Of a DNA stretch of 64,000 nucleotides, positions 13,701 to 24,971 are shown piece by piece; position 1 is the stretch's first letter; every line of letters starts with the position of its first letter. The stretch lies in the IMG/VR virus record IMGVR_UViG_3300045988_159706. One strand, written 5' to 3'. The translations under genes and the position numbers were made by a program. The notes beneath the pieces were generated by a model. That model was not told the origin of the DNA and made no database searches. It was given only the letters and a program-made list of their open reading frames with translations. Source of the DNA: a virus.

Positions 13701-15262
13701 GCCTGAGTAAGTTCAGTCTTACCTCTATCTTTAAGATAGTTGTAGACTAGCTCTCTCAGTGCCATCCTTTCTTCATTTAGATCAACTCCAGTTAATAAGT
13801 AATGTTTAAAGTAATCAAACTGAAACAAAGTATGGAACCCAGTATATACAGCAGTTGAAATTACAGAAGCAGTTTGTCTATCAAACCCGTTTTGAATTGC
13901 GTCTCCATAAGTTTGGGCGGCTGCAGTAGTTACTAAGTAAGCTCTTGCAATTGCAGTACTAGCTTTTTGATATTTATTATAAGCATCATAAGCAGCTTTA
14001 TATTCAGGCATGGATTCAATAATAGTTTTTACTTTAGCAGGAATCTGCCCTTTTTTAAGCATTTCTTTAGTAAAAACCAGTTCCCCTTTTGAAATAAGCC
14101 CTTTTTCAACAGCTTTGTCAAGAACAGTTCCTTGTAGAGCTGCAACACCTGCTTCTAATCTTCTATCCATTCCTAGCATTTTAGGAATATTTGCAACTCA
14201 TCGTTGCTGGAATAGCTGTTGTGCAGAAGTAGAAGCAAATTGACATATGTTATCAAAGGAGAAAGAATGTACTTGGTTATATTCAGAAGGGGTACTATTA
14301 AATTTTTGCATAAACCCTTCAAATTTATTTAAAGCAGAAGAAGGGCGATATTCTGAATCTAATAATCCTCCAAATGTTTTAATAAGAGCAGGCATAGATT
14401 CACTTAAGTACATGGCTGCAGTCATTCCCGCTCAGTACTCTCCTACTCCAGGAATTAAATAAGGGGCCATTACAGCCAATGTTCTTGCTACTGACCTAAC
14501 TGGATTAACCTCTATGCTATCAGTATCAAAAATATCTACTTTATTCCATACACTTCCATCTGTTGTTAATACATCCAGAACACCTAGAACTTGCTTTCCA
14601 TAATATTCCCTTCCATTTAAAGTTTCATAATAAAACTTTCCATCAGAATCATATTTGTAATCACCTTTTGAATGCTTAACAATGTTTCCATCAATATCTG
14701 TATGCTCTCCATCCTCATCTCATTGGGCTAATACTAAAGTATCACTAGTCAAAACTCCTAATGCACCAAGATCATTTGGGGTTTTATCCGACCAAGTTCC
14801 ACTTTCAGTATCAAAGTATTTATTTTTTTGTGCAAGTTCTGCAATACTTAAAGCTCTTGGTCCCTCAGTTCCCTCATGGAAATATGAAGTAGTTTCAAAA
14901 GGATTGGATACCTTTTTAATTTCAAAAGTAGGCCCCTTTTTGATATTACTTTTGGCATCTCTGTTTATGTCAAAAGCATCATATTCATAACTATCTTTTA
15001 ACCACTTTTCTGTGTCTAAAGTTGAAAAACTAGTATAATCCTGTAGTGCTTTTGCATAAAATTGATCAAATAAAGCTTCATTAAATTTTCCACTATCATC
15101 TTTGAAAAACTCTTTTACCTTATCGGATTGAAGATAGTCCTCTTTTGGACGAATACTTGTATTTAAAGAGTTTATACCGTCTGCTGCTAATTTGTCAATT
15201 GTAACATCTGTATTTAACAGATTTATAGCAACCCAATCATTTTGTTTAATGTTATTATCCAT
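7790..15262 (-). CDS. giant multidomain virion/ejection-type protein with embedded SF1 (RecD/Dda-like) helicase core, 2490 aa when TGA=Trp
   Basis: One frame from ATG 15260-15262 to TAA 7790-7792. All gaps checked; 9 in-frame TGAs (8615, 9074, 9158, 9245, 13352, 13637, 14198, 14432, 14720). Helicase motifs lie at about 10080-11010: CAGSGVGKS (Walker A), SAPTEANLEKL (Ia), IIIDEGTYV (II), VTTGDILQSG (III), AVQGQEFDYVLI (V), VYTILTRGKNATII (VI). Gly-rich hydrophobic segments sit upstream (FIGGGIGGTVFGLENWW). Confidence 0.75.
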
Positions 15263-15267
15263 ACTTT

Positions 15268-17142
15268 TTATAAATCTCCAAATGAGGTTTGTAGCTTAGT
15301 TTGCCTTGGATTATATGCCCCATTATTATATCGTGGATCAACATAAGCTTCCTGCATCATTTGATACTCCGAACCAGTTCTTTTATCAGTTCTAGCTCGT
15401 TCATCAGATACTGCTTGAGAGGCTTGATTAACATATAAAGGAATAAATACAGTTCCGCTTAAAATTCCTCTATTCCAAATCCAACCATAATTAATCTTAA
15501 CCTTATTTTTCTTTTCTCTGCCTTGATTAGCATAATTTACATCATTCATAAACTTATCCCTACCTTGACCTGTAAGCCTATCAATAGTAGGGTTATCAGA
15601 TGAATATCCTGCAACTGCTCCTTCATCTTCTGACATTTTAGCATGTACAGCAAGGAATCGTCCAGTCATTAAATTTCCATCTTGATCTAGATTATTATCC
15701 AGAGCATATTTCTTATAAATTTCAAAAATTTCTCTAGGATCAGTTACTTTATTTTTGGCTATTTCATCAACTGCCATTTGGTAACGATTTATAGCTCCAA
15801 AATCAGGCTTTCCATTATAGTCAACTGGAACATCTATAGTTTCGACACCATCAGAAGCATCAACTAAGACTTCTCTAGCTTTGTTAGGATCTATATATAA
15901 AGTATCTTGACTATCTCCAACAACACTTCCATTAGTTCCCTTTGCATTATACATACCTCCAAAGTATAATTTATCTCTATCCATAGCTACTCCATTTTTC
16001 GCAAGGTCATTAAAGACCTCATCTAATGTAGCTATACCAGTTACTATTTCATTATCTTTATCTCTTAGAGGATTGTGCTTAACTTCTACTATAAAATCTG
16101 CAATTCCATCCCGAGTTCTAACTCTACGAGTTCTACTAGCACCAAAGCCACTAATAAGACTTTGTCCATAACCTTCTTTATCTCCTGGACCTGAACCTTC
16201 TCCTGAACCACTTTTACTACCTTTTCCTAGTGGATCTTTAACATATCCTACTTTTCTTGAAGTGTCTGTATGTTCAAATAGTGCAGCTTTTAGAATACTT
16301 GTAACATCTTCCATACTCTCTGGGTTTAGCCCCTCAGCAGCTGTAGTTGCACGTAATACATGTTTAGCATTATTATTTAAATTCTTATAAAGGTATATAA
16401 TAGCTGCATTTATATCCTGAGCAGCTTTTGAATCTGAACCCTCTATTTCATAAAGTCCATCAGGACCTAAACTCATCAACGCTTCTAACCCCCTTTGAAC
16501 TTGGCCTCCAGCTTTAATGGTATAACCTTTTTGGGAAGTGGTTCCAAATTTCTTAATAGTACCTATTACTTGGTCCATAATAGTTTTCATTCCTATTGAA
16601 TTTGATAAATCATGTAGGATAGATTCATCAAATTTTAAATTAGGATCTCTTTCCCTTAGATGTATTAGTTCTGCGTTAGTTAAAACTTGATATTCTTCTG
16701 GATTCTTACTATAATCTGTTGGAGTTACCTTTTTTACTGATTCCCCATCATATACATATAAATTTCCATCATTGGAAATAGCAACATCAGAACCAGTATT
16801 TTCTACTTTAATTCTATCTGTTGCATTTTTATATAGTGCATTATTATGTTGTAATCTATTTGCTAATGATCTGAGTCTGATTAATTGACTCATTGTATTT
16901 GTCTTTTTTCCAGAGAAGATATTAGTTGAATCTTGCAAGAAAGATTGTGCTTGGCTTAGAAAATAATCAACATCAGTAGGAATTCCATTCTCTTCTAATA
17001 CTTTAATGATCTCTTGTTCTATTAGTTTATCGTCTTTCTTTTCAGAAGAAGGAGAAGTCGCAGGTTCTCCCTGCGACTGTCCCATTACTTCTCTTGAAAT
17101 TGGAGTATATGAAGCTCCATATTGATATTTTTGAATTTTCAT
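15268..17142 (-). CDS. hypothetical large structural/cargo protein (624 aa)
   Basis: Uninterrupted ORF from ATG 17140-17142 to TAA 15268-15270. Its ATG overlaps the upstream stop (TAATG). No TGA. N-terminus is MKIQKYQYGAS. Confidence 0.6.
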   Translation of the reverse strand: MKIQKYQYGASYTPISREVMGQSQGEPATSPSSEKKDDKLIEQEIIKVLEENGIPTDVDYFLSQAQSFLQDSTNIFSGKKTNTMSQLIRLRSLANRLQHNNALYKNATDRIKVENTGSDVAISNDGNLYVYDGESVKKVTPTDYSKNPEEYQVLTNAELIHLRERDPNLKFDESILHDLSNSIGMKTIMDQVIGTIKKFGTTSQKGYTIKAGGQVQRGLEALMSLGPDGLYEIEGSDSKAAQDINAAIIYLYKNLNNNAKHVLRATTAAEGLNPESMEDVTSILKAALFEHTDTSRKVGYVKDPLGKGSKSGSGEGSGPGDKEGYGQSLISGFGASRTRRVRTRDGIADFIVEVKHNPLRDKDNEIVTGIATLDEVFNDLAKNGVAMDRDKLYFGGMYNAKGTNGSVVGDSQDTLYIDPNKAREVLVDASDGVETIDVPVDYNGKPDFGAINRYQMAVDEIAKNKVTDPREIFEIYKKYALDNNLDQDGNLMTGRFLAVHAKMSEDEGAVAGYSSDNPTIDRLTGQGRDKFMNDVNYANQGREKKNKVKINYGWIWNRGILSGTVFIPLYVNQASQAVSDERARTDKRTGSEYQMMQEAYVDPRYNNGAYNPRQTKLQTSFGDL

Positions 17143-20100
17143 TACGAAAGCATTTTTAATAATAACTTTATTAAATTATCATCCATTTTCTGAACAGCTT
17201 TTCTATAATCCTTTGCTTTATCTAAGATTGTCTGCTCATCAAAATCACGATATCGCTGAGTTTTAGTTATAGTTCCTCCTTTTTTCTTAATTACAGGAAT
17301 TGTTCTATAAAAAGAAGGATTTCTATAGTAATTTCCTATTGTACTTTGAGGCATGTCAATAGTTCTACGTCTTCCAGTGAATCTACTACGACTATTCAAA
17401 TAACTATTTAACTGAGATCTCATCATTATGTCATTTTGAAGATTTTGAATAGAGCCAGAGTAATAGTTCTCTAAGAATTTTTGACGTCCTGCCTCAGAGT
17501 CACCATAATCAGACTTCCAGTTTGGATTGGTAAGTTGCTCATTCTCCCAAGCCTTTTGAGCTTCTGCAGAATTAAATAACTCTAAATACGTTTTTTGAGC
17601 ATTCTGCTGTAAAGCAATGTTATCCCTAACTGTAGCAGCCAATTGTTCATCCTGCTGGTCTCTTACTAAATCCATTCTCTTTTGATCAATGAAAGGATTT
17701 ATAATCTGGTTCCAAGCTGTAAATTGTTTAGCTGCTTTGTTTTGAGCTAACATATTTTCCATTTGGCCAAGAACTGCCTTATTGTAATCTGCTATTTGAG
17801 TACGTTGATTAGCATATTCTCTTCTTGCAGCAAGGTCCTTATCATTAAATTCACTAATAGTTTGAGATAATCTAGTATCCCTTTCATTAGCCAATTGATC
17901 AGCTTGTTGATCTCTCATAAGTCTTTCAGCCATTACCTGATTAGGATCGCTTGTGACAGTTTTAAACTGACGAATATCCTTTATTCTATCTCCATACATA
18001 CGAGCAATTCCCATATCTGTATATGGAGCATAAAGTTCTGTAGGCATAGATTTTAATTGACCTTGAGCTGCAGCTCTGATTCCTCTTGCTAATTCACGTC
18101 TTTGACGAGCATTTGAAATTAATCCTCCTGCTAATGAACCTAAATCTAATAAATTTTTAGGATTAAACGAAAAGCCTCTTCCATCAGAAGCACTTCCAGT
18201 AGAAACTACGTTATTAGATGCAGTGTTATTAGAAGATTCATGCTTTGATACCTCCTCTTTAAGACTGGAGGTACTAATATTTCTATATGGATTTTTTAAA
18301 TCTAAATAGGCATTTTCTCTCTGAGTCCTATTATACTGAACATTAAGAGGGACTTGATTTTCTATTGGCTTGAACTGATTCCTTCCTAAGAAAAGTTGAG
18401 GAGATGAAGAAGCTTTAAACATCGTTTTTGGATCAATTCCTGTTATTTTCTCTGCCATTAATCTCTGTCTTGCCTCTTTTTGTGCTTGCCATGGTGTGAT
18501 TACTCCTGTTTCCCATGCTGATACTATAACAGGCTCTGCATCAAAAGAACCATAAACCCCTTGATTATCCATAGATTTACCAAAGAATTTTGATCCACCT
18601 TGAGCTTTAAGAATTTTGCCCCCTTTTTTATATAAACTCTGAGGTCTATAAACCATTCCTCCATCATTAGGTAATTGTACTCAAGAACCTGCAGTTTTTG
18701 GTAACATTAATCTAGGTTTGGCGGTGCGAATTTTAATAGGCTTAGCTGGAATAGGATTAGGAAACCAGTAGGGATTAAAGTAAGCTTGATCTCCATTAAT
18801 AAGTTCTCCTGTAGTTCTATAACCTCTTTCAAAGATATTAAGACCCCTAACACTAGGAGCATCAAATTCTTTTCTAAAATCAGCTCTATTTTCTAATCTT
18901 TCAACTACATTTCCAAATTCTCTATTTTGAGCTCCTCTCATCCAACTACGACCAAATCTGTTTTGTAAGAACCAAGGAAGTTCATCTTCAGTTCTGGCTC
19001 TTAATTCTTTTCTATCCCCCGTTAATCTATCAGTAATAGAAGAGTTTAGATTCTTTGTTGCCGTCTTAATCTTAGACAGTCCTTCCTGATAAAGCTTGTT
19101 CTTTGGTAGATTAGATAGTACATCAGCATCCTTTAAAGCATCTTCATAATTAATATTACCAGTTTTTGCATCATACCAAGCCTTTCCCTTAAATTGACCT
19201 GGATTTTGTGAAACAGCATCATTTAATGCTCTTTTTTGAATATCTATTAATTTTTCAGGAGTGGCTTTTCCAGAAATATCTGCTGTTCTTCCAGTTTTCT
19301 TATATCCTACTGTTCTATCTAAAGCTCTCTTTCCACCTATTAATCCTTGAACTCCCATTAATATATTTCTATAATCATCAAGAGTCCATTCTCCTTCTTT
19401 ATTAATAGAATTTAGAGCTGCTGATAGACCTAAAGCAGAGAATCCTGCTGTTAGTAGTGGTTTAATTCGTTTAATTATCCTAGCGGTTTTAGCTGCTTTT
19501 CCAGCTATTCCAACACCTGGTAGGAATGAAACAACATCTAGTCCAAGCCCCAAAGCTGCATTTCCTAAATCACCTAAATCAAAACCATCTCTTTTAACAT
19601 CAGAAATAAACTGAGTTGCAGTAGAGCCTACTCCCAAAGCTGCTGCTACAGGATTTCCTCCAGTTGGTATAGCAGCTACTAGTGCTCCTAAATCAGCTGC
19701 TAATGCTCCAAGTTGTCATTTATCAGCAGCAGTTAAATCTCCACTTTTTATTTGAGATGTAGTCGCAGCCTTTTTTTCATCACGAGTCTCTACCTTTGGG
19801 GTTGTTTTCTCAGTATCCTTAGAAATCCAATTAATTAATCCTCCAGTTTGTTGTTTTGGAACTTGACGATTGTAATGAATGGCTGGAACTCTTTTCCCAG
19901 CGTATTCATCATTAAAAAATCCTGTATTCAACCATCTGCTAAATCTAGACCATTCTCTATGCTTAATAGCATTTATTTCATCCGCACTTAAATAATTATC
20001 ATTAAGTAGAGATTTGAATCAGTTTCTATTAAATGGATGTAATTTCTTACTTTCAGTATCATAAAAGAATCCTTGATTCTCATCCTCTGGATTATACGCA

Positions 20101-21599
20101 AAACTATATCTTCCAGAAGGATCAAAATCATCCCAAATATAACCACCTAAAATTTTATCTGTTGGATCAATTCTTGAATAAAAAGCATTCCCTGTAGCTT
20201 CTCCATTATATCCTGCAGCCCTAATATATTTAGAAATATCAACAACATTCCCATTCTCATCTAACCCTATAGAAGAGATAGAAGTAGGTACTCCGAACTC
20301 ATTTCTAGGAGTATTATTATCAATAATATCCATTACTGTAACTCCTTGAGGAAGATTCTCATATAAAGGTGATGTGTAAGTATATAATACATTATCATCA
20401 TTTTTATATGTTTTATTGAAGTAGGGATTATATTGAAGTTGTGAATTATATCTCTTAAAAGGATTATTCGTTCACAATACTTGCCACTGTCCATTCTTAA
20501 CAGGATCAAATAAATTTTGACGCATCTTATTAAAAATGTCAACATTCGGAGAATTTAAAATTTGATTAATTTCTGATTCTGGATTAGCTCACTCATTTTT
20601 ACTATATAACCTGCCATTATAAAGGATATAGTCTTTGAATCTTTTTAATTCTGGGTGAATATTAACAAAGTTTTCTCCGAAATATGCATTTCTTCAATCC
20701 TTTCCGTAACCTTCTAGTCCAAATCCTTCAGTTAATAGTTCTCCTTTTGGCCCATAGGAAATTTTAAATTGATTTCTAAAATCAGTAGTAAAGTTATTAT
20801 CTTTATCCCATTTATCCTGATTTGACTGAGCACCGCCTTCTTCAGAGGTTTTTGAAGTATTAGTTTTATCAAGAATACCTAATTTAGATAATGTATTAAT
20901 ATCACTATCTGTAATACTTCCATCTTTAATTCTCTGATATAAACCATCCCAATCTGTGTATTCTTTAACGAACCTTGAATACACATCTTTAGTTTGATTA
21001 TTATACCCTTTCCAGTCTACAATATTTTCCTCTTTTTCAAGATTTCTTAAAAAGTCTAATCTATCAAAAATGCTTGTATTATCAGTGTCAGTATTATATA
21101 TTCTTCTCCCGTTATCATCAAGTACTAAGTTTCCATCCTTATCTCTTTTATATGAAAGAAATAATTTTCTAGAAACATCGACACTTTTATTTTTATTCGC
21201 TTGTGGAGTAACTTGGTTATAATTAAACCCACGTAAAGCGTTTGTTGCACTTTTAACTTGATTTACTCTTCCATTAAAAGTACTATCTAATGCTTCTCCA
21301 GTTTTTGAGGTACGTCTTGCAGCACGTCTTCTTTGGCGGGCATTCATGTTGTCAAACGTTACATCTCCTCTTAACTCGTTAGTATTAGAATCATATGATA
21401 AATCGGCACCAGATCTAAGAGCATTAACAATAGCTCCATAATCAGCTCTAGCTCTATCATCTGTGATTGAACTACCGTGTGCCGCCATAGCCTGTAGAAA
21501 GTCGTCGTCAACTTGATATGTCACACCATCCTTAGTAAAGTTGCCGTATTTTTTTACAGCTCCTCCACCCTGGAGTTTTTGTATATTTACCTGTGCCAT
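17142..21599 (-). CDS. hypothetical giant structural/cargo protein, coiled-coil rich, 1485 aa when TGA=Trp
   Basis: One frame from ATG 21597-21599 to TAA 17142-17144. It merges fragments 20694..21599, 20019..20333, 19716..19931, 18681..19637 and 17142..18656. Gaps checked; 6 in-frame TGAs (18681, 19716, 20019, 20472, 20589, 20694). Carries several K-x-Q-x-G-G / KKGG motifs. Confidence 0.7.
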
Positions 21600-21616
21600 T
21601 TTATCAATGTATTATA

Positions 21617-21651
21617 CTTAAAAAGGGAGATTGACTACTTACAATCTCCCT
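21617..21651 (-). terminator. rho-independent terminator-like hairpin
   Basis: 10-bp perfect stem AGGGAGATTG / CAATCTCCCT (21624-21633 / 21642-21651) with an 8-nt loop. On the minus strand it is followed by TTTTAAG, 28 nt downstream of the stop at 21679. Confidence 0.65.
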
Positions 21652-21678
21652 TCTATCTCTATTAATCATTAGTTAGAT

Positions 21679-22020
21679 TTATTTCTTCTTAATGATATTT
21701 AAGTCTCCGCCTTTCTCTTTCTTTCCACATTTCTTACGTCCAGCGATTTTTCCGCCTTTCTTAAAGACGGGTTCTCCTTCTGGAGCTTGTCCTACTGGAG
21801 CTTGTCCTACTGGAGCTTGTCCGCCTCCCATAGCTTGCTGAATTAAGGCAACAAAGCCTTCACATACTTGCATAGCCATCTGGCAGTCCTGCCCCTGTAA
21901 AGCTTGCATAGCCATTTCTGCTAACATCTGAATAGGATCTTGCTCACTACCTGCAGGAGCACCAGCGGGAGCAGCTGTAGGAGCGGCTCCACCTTCTTGG
22001 AATTTCTTAATATAAGCCAT
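21679..22020 (-). CDS. small GC-rich low-complexity protein with lysine-rich tail (113 aa)
   Basis: ATG 22018-22020 to TAA 21679-21681, no TGA. Visibly GC-richer than its surroundings. Ala/Pro/Gly/Gln-rich core with a C-terminal KKGGKIAGRKKCGKKEKGG...KKK. A terminator hairpin follows. Confidence 0.7.
   Translation of the reverse strand: MAYIKKFQEGGAAPTAAPAGAPAGSEQDPIQMLAEMAMQALQGQDCQMAMQVCEGFVALIQQAMGGGQAPVGQAPVGQAPEGEPVFKKGGKIAGRKKCGKKEKGGDLNIIKKK
21781..21825 (-). repeat. 3 x 15-nt tandem repeat (tggagcttgtcctac x2 plus one diverged copy) encoding GQAPV-GQAPV-GQAPE
   Basis: Read directly from the sequence; lies inside CDS 21679..22020. Confidence 0.85.
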
Positions 22021-22152
22021 ATTACTTATTGTTATTTTATTAATATAATTTAGTTTTTACTCTTTATAAGACATATTGTCATATACTCTTTTTACTTCCC
22101 AAAATTACATATATTATTTAAATAATCCAAATAATTTAAATTATAGTTCGCT

Positions 22153-22932
22153 TTACCTATACTTTCATATATAATTTTTATAGGGTTTCTGATTATGAAT
22201 TGCATGACAAATAGTTCCTGAATTATAATTATATTTTCTTGTTATATCCATTAAACAATCAAAACTTTCAATTAAAATTCCATCCAGACTGTATTTGTCT
22301 ACAATTTTTGATCTTTTATTTTCTTTGCCATATTTCCTTGAAATCTTTTTCTTTGAAGGGCAATACTTGCCAGGGTAGGTATCTTTAGCTCTTCACTGAA
22401 AGCCTTTAGAAGTTCCTTTATTGTTTATTACACAATAAATTATTTGGGATGCATCACATCCAGTTTCTCGTTCTGCTTGAGCAGCACTGGAATATTCTTT
22501 AATAAAATTTCCTTCTAAGTCAAATTGCCATACAGTTCTAGATACACTTTGTTTTAATTTAAGTTTATGCCTCTCTGATAACTTTCTGCCATAAGAAGGA
22601 TGAGTGGATCCACTTCCTGGTGTAGACCCTCCTATTGTACAATTATACCCTTCATAATAACTATTATATTGCCCAATATAGTATATTTCCATGTTGTCAA
22701 GAATCTTATGTACTTCATTAACATCATCAGAAATGATTGTATATAAAATTTCATAGTTGAAACTATCAAATCCATACTTTCGTATAGCTACGTAAAACGG
22801 CAAATAATAATATTTACTATTTATATGACTACTATTATACTTATGTTGAAGCTTCCTTTTATGCTCATTTATTGTTTGTCCAATATAAGACTTGCCTGAT
22901 GGGGAAGTGTATTTATAAATTACACCTTTCAT
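22153..22932 (-). CDS. free-standing GIY-YIG homing endonuclease with two IENR1/NUMOD-type DNA-binding repeats, 259 aa when TGA=Trp
   Basis: N-terminal GVIYKYTSPSGKSYIGQT ... KRKLQH ... YYIGQYNSYYEGYNCTIGG fits the GIY-YIG module. The frame continues through TGA 22393 and TGA 22165 to TAA 22153-22155. Both TGAs end a helix-turn-helix-like repeat: ...SKGFQ[TGA] and ...KNYI[TGA]KY. Confidence 0.8.
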
Positions 22933-22935
22933 ATA

Positions 22936-23553
22936 TTAGTCTTTATCTGGCAAAGAAGTATATTCAGGTTCGCGGGTATCTTGTTTAGATAGTACTCCAA
23001 ACATATACTTACCTAATTTTTTGTAATCACTATCTTTTTTAGATTTACTAGCTTTCTTAGCTTTACGGATTAGTTCTCGTGTCTCTTTTCTACTAACAAT
23101 TCGTTCTCCCCCAACTAAATCCATTTGAGGTTTTCCATCAGATCCAAGAATATACATTTTATCAATATCCTCTTCACTAATATCCTCTTCATCATCCTCA
23201 AAATCTAAGTCATCTCCAATCTGAATACCAGAATTAGCATTAACTTCAAGTACATACTTAGTTCTCCCATCTTCTTCATCAGGAGTAGAGGTAATTAAGT
23301 CAGAACTGTGAGCTTTACCTAATACAACATTATAAACTTCATCATCTTGATCTATGAAGACTAGATCAATATCGAATTCCATTTCCTCTGTATTAAATAC
23401 AACCTGACCCTGATCTTCAGGCATAACAAATAGCATACCTTCATCATCATCCATAGATTCTACATTAGATAGACCTTGAGTTCTTTCCTCTTCTGTTTCT
23501 GCAACTAAGACTTTATATTTCTTATCTGCTATTTCAATTATTATCTCTTTCAT
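22936..23553 (-). CDS. DUF192-family protein with acidic insert and basic C-terminal tail (205 aa)
   Basis: ATG 23551-23553 to TAA 22936-22938. Motif string VLVAETEEERTQGLS...DDEGMLFV...DIDLVFIDQDDEV...YVLEVNANSGIQIGD matches the remembered DUF192 (COG1430) pattern. Confidence 0.65.
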   Translation of the reverse strand: MKEIIIEIADKKYKVLVAETEEERTQGLSNVESMDDDEGMLFVMPEDQGQVVFNTEEMEFDIDLVFIDQDDEVYNVVLGKAHSSDLITSTPDEEDGRTKYVLEVNANSGIQIGDDLDFEDDEEDISEEDIDKMYILGSDGKPQMDLVGGERIVSRKETRELIRKAKKASKSKKDSDYKKLGKYMFGVLSKQDTREPEYTSLPDKD

Positions 23554-24971
23554 TATTTTGCTGCTTTGTTAAAAATTTCAATAATATCTAAATTTGGTTG
23601 CATACCTCCAAATAAATTTTCTTTGCTACGATTTGAAGTTAATCGATCTAAAAGAATATTAGTTGCTTCTTTAGCTCTTTCTTCTAATTTAGGATATAGT
23701 GCTTTTTGCTCAAATTTAGGAAGGCTGCTAAATTTTTCGAATCCATGAGATAATGTTGGAGAACTACTTCAATGCCGTTCATGTACATTTGGATCAATTC
23801 TAAATTGTATATCTGGACTTAATTTGAATAAGTTATTTCTTGATTTTAACACAAAGTTAGGATCATAATATATATTACTAGAATTTTTAGTTAACTCTTG
23901 CAATTCAGCAATATTAGAAGTATCATCAATAATCTGAGGATTTATATGAGTTTTAATTTTATTTCCTCTAAGTCTTTGTATTCTTTCTAATCATTTATAC
24001 CCGTTCTTAGTAGGTAATACTGCCTCCTTACTGATTATATTATCTCATTCTAATGCAGGATTTTTTGAATTATTTATAGAAATTAATTTTGCCTGTAACC
24101 CATTTTTTAAGCTATTTTCATAAATATTAGAATCTGTAGTAATAACTTTAGCTGTTCTTGGTAATTTAAATTTACCATCTAAAGATAGAAAAAACGTATC
24201 CATTGGTTCTATTGAACTAGGATATATATTAGCTTTTTCTGCATCTTTAAATGGCAAGATAACTGTAGTAGTATTATCAGTTCAGTCTCCTCATGAATGC
24301 GGTCTAACACTGACTCCTGTTGTAAAGTGTGTTGTATTAGGTATACTAGAAGTTGTAGGTAAATTTGGTCCATCATTAAAATCAATATAATTTGTTCTAT
24401 GTATCAAGCTCATGTTTCTTGCATTATTTATTGCTTTAGCTGTATTAATAGATCTTCTCACTAAATTAATTCCACCTCCAATATCTAACATATCTCCGAT
24501 TCCTGATAAAATCGCTTTTCTATAATTTCCCGCCTTAGCTTCTCTATAAGTTTTCTGCACACCGTTATTACTAATTGAGTTTCTAACCCCATCAGCAGTT
24601 AATCCAACATCAACTCCTGTTCGAATTCATTTAGGTAATTGACTATATAATCAAGATGCACCTTTTCCTGCTGCTGAAATAGATGGAGCAGCTAAAGCAC
24701 CTGCTCCTATCACTGCAGGAATATACATAGCCTTATTTAATCCTTCATATCCTCGTCTCTGCCTAGCCGCATCCTCTCCTACTTTTCCTAACAACTCTCT
24801 AGCTTCTTCATTTCCCCTATTTGCAGAAGATGTTAATGTAGAAATGTGTTCTCTATATTTACTAGGATTAGTTTCTTTTAAATCGTTAATTCTTGTCTCT
24901 AAAGATGTAGTTGGCTTTGGAGGAGTATACAGCTCTGGATTTTTTATTGATATTATCCAGAGCTGTAACAA
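23553..24971 (-). CDS. hypothetical structural protein, 472 aa from TTG 24969-24971 when TGA=Trp; start uncertain
   Basis: One frame merging 24651..24971, 24291..24560 and 24045..24257 and continuing to TAA 23553-23555, which overlaps the next ATG (TAATG). 7 in-frame TGAs (23769, 23991, 24045, 24282, 24291, 24627, 24651). No ATG in frame; see the finding on ATG 24994-24996. Confidence 0.55.

Noticed and set aside
20333-20545. 70-aa minus-strand ORF in a different frame
   Set aside because: It lies wholly inside the 1485-aa gene 17142..21599, whose frame is open there except for two TGAs. Its composition is implausible. The same applies to 58236..58445.
128-21599. Interpreting the many short co-linear ORFs as a decayed prophage or string of pseudogenes
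   Set aside because: Every interruption is TGA. Fragments stay in the same frame for up to 7.6 kb, with no TAA, TAG or frameshift inside. Random decay would not be restricted to one stop codon.
22020-22152. Group I intron associated with the GIY-YIG endonuclease
   Set aside because: The flanking genes (DUF192 and the 113-aa gene) are each complete. The 133-nt spacer is very AT-rich with no obvious paired elements. A free-standing endonuclease is the simpler reading.
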